Of a DNA stretch of 42,288 nucleotides, positions 41,353 through 42,288 are shown piece by piece. Position 1 is the stretch's first letter. Every line of letters starts with the position of its first letter. This DNA is from a virus (lineage: Duplodnaviria; Caudoviricetes). The notes beneath the pieces are model-generated. The model worked only from the letters and a program-made list of their open reading frames with translations, searched no databases and was not told the origin of the DNA. Position numbers and translations under genes: made by a program. The DNA lies in IMG/VR virus record IMGVR_UViG_3300032269_001075, positions 1-42,288 of that record. One strand, 5' to 3'.

Positions 41353-42288
41353 TTAATATAGTCTATCATCAGATGAGCCTGAATAATTCATATCAGAAGA
41401 AGAGGTTTTTAACAAATCTATTCTCTGAGATAAAAACTTAATATCGTTACTTCCTCTAAACATATTCCACTGAGCCTGTATATCATTAAAAGCTAATCCT
41501 GTAGCAGGGTCAACTGAAGAATCTTTTGGTTTATAATGACCAGCACTCTGCTGACTTTGCAAGAACCAATCAGGAGCCTTAGCTAGATTTACATCTTCTA
41601 TAACAGAAGAGTATGACTTTCCTACAAGGGGCTCGGGTAGGCCATACTTTTTTGCATCACTGTAGGTGAAAACTTGTGACATTTTTGTAGAAAGACTTTT
41701 ACCCATTTGCCTAAACTCATTAAGTGTCATAATTGGAGAAATATATCCGAATTTAAGAGCTTGTTGATATTGTCCAATTTCTCCTGAAGCGGTTTCTTTG
41801 CCAGCCTCTGCAACAGCATTATTTAAATAATCAAAATCTATACCATTTTCTTTAGCAACTTGTCTTATATAATCTTCTTTATCTTGACCTTTTAACCCTA
41901 AATCTTCTATTGTTTGATACACACCTGTACCCTTTCCTTTTGCTATATCAATGCTATTTTTTATATTATCAGAAATAGATTGTCTTTGTTCTCTGGACTG
42001 GGTAAGGGAAGCATTAATTAATTCATTTTGTTGTTTAAATAATTCTGCTACAGCATTTGCTTTTTGTGCATTAATTTGATTAATTTGATTTTCATAATCA
42101 ATAACAGCGGCTCTCTGTTTTTCTGTTCTTGCAGATTCTGCTTGCCTTATTAAATCTTGCCTTTGAGTTTCTAAGTCAGAAATTCTTTTAATACCATCGG
42201 CAGTTTCCCTTGATAAAATATTATCATTTAAATCTGAAGCATATCTATCTATCCCACTCCTTATACCGCTAACCCTAGCAGAAGCTAA
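41353..42288 (-). CDS. C-terminal part of the LysM-domain protein starting at 777
   Basis: The frame runs open from the window end to TAA at 41353. Confidence 0.75.
   Translation of the reverse strand, partial: LASARVSGIRSGIDRYASDLNDNILSRETADGIKRISDLETQRQDLIRQAESARTEKQRAAVIDYENQINQINAQKANAVAELFKQQNELINASLTQSREQRQSISDNIKNSIDIAKGKGTGVYQTIEDLGLKGQDKEDYIRQVAKENGIDFDYLNNAVAEAGKETASGEIGQYQQALKFGYISPIMTLNEFRQMGKSLSTKMSQVFTYSDAKKYGLPEPLVGKSYSSVIEDVNLAKAPDWFLQSQQSAGHYKPKDSSVDPATGLAFNDIQAQWNMFRGSNDIKFLSQRIDLLKTSSSDMNYSGSSDDRLY
42166..42288. repeat. Terminal overlap identical to 1-123
   Basis: Exact 123-bp match. Confidence 0.97.

Overview
This window appears to be a complete circular, AT-rich tailed-phage genome of 42,165 bp: bases 1-123 repeat exactly at 42166-42288. 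It reads TGA as tryptophan (translation table 4), so the supplied ORF track splits many genes; reading TGA as Trp joins them into full-length genes ending in TAA or TAG. The minus strand carries a podovirus-like morphogenesis block: terminase, portal, scaffold, Mu gpT-like capsid, tail proteins, a LysM protein, a 1659-aa LPD38-type internal protein, a tail fibre and lysis genes. The plus strand carries small early genes, an SF2 helicase, YopX, a PNK-like kinase, a RecU-like nuclease, an SSB-like protein and a PD-(D/E)xK exonuclease. A minus-strand CHC2 zinc-finger plus P-loop helicase pair sits between them. No integrase, DNA polymerase, tRNA or release factor was recognised. Three items stand out. 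(1) A 305-aa intein splits the helicase DExH box, and its endonuclease (DUF559/Vsr-like) is a separate nested gene in the +1 frame with its own sigma70-type promoter. (2) A ~72-nt candidate small RNA carries a 14-nt perfect complement of the 16S rRNA 3' end, in a genome whose genes mostly lack Shine-Dalgarno sites. (3) TGA=Trp recoding occurs in a phage that encodes cell-wall-targeting proteins. All product calls come from recognising motifs by eye; no database searches were run.
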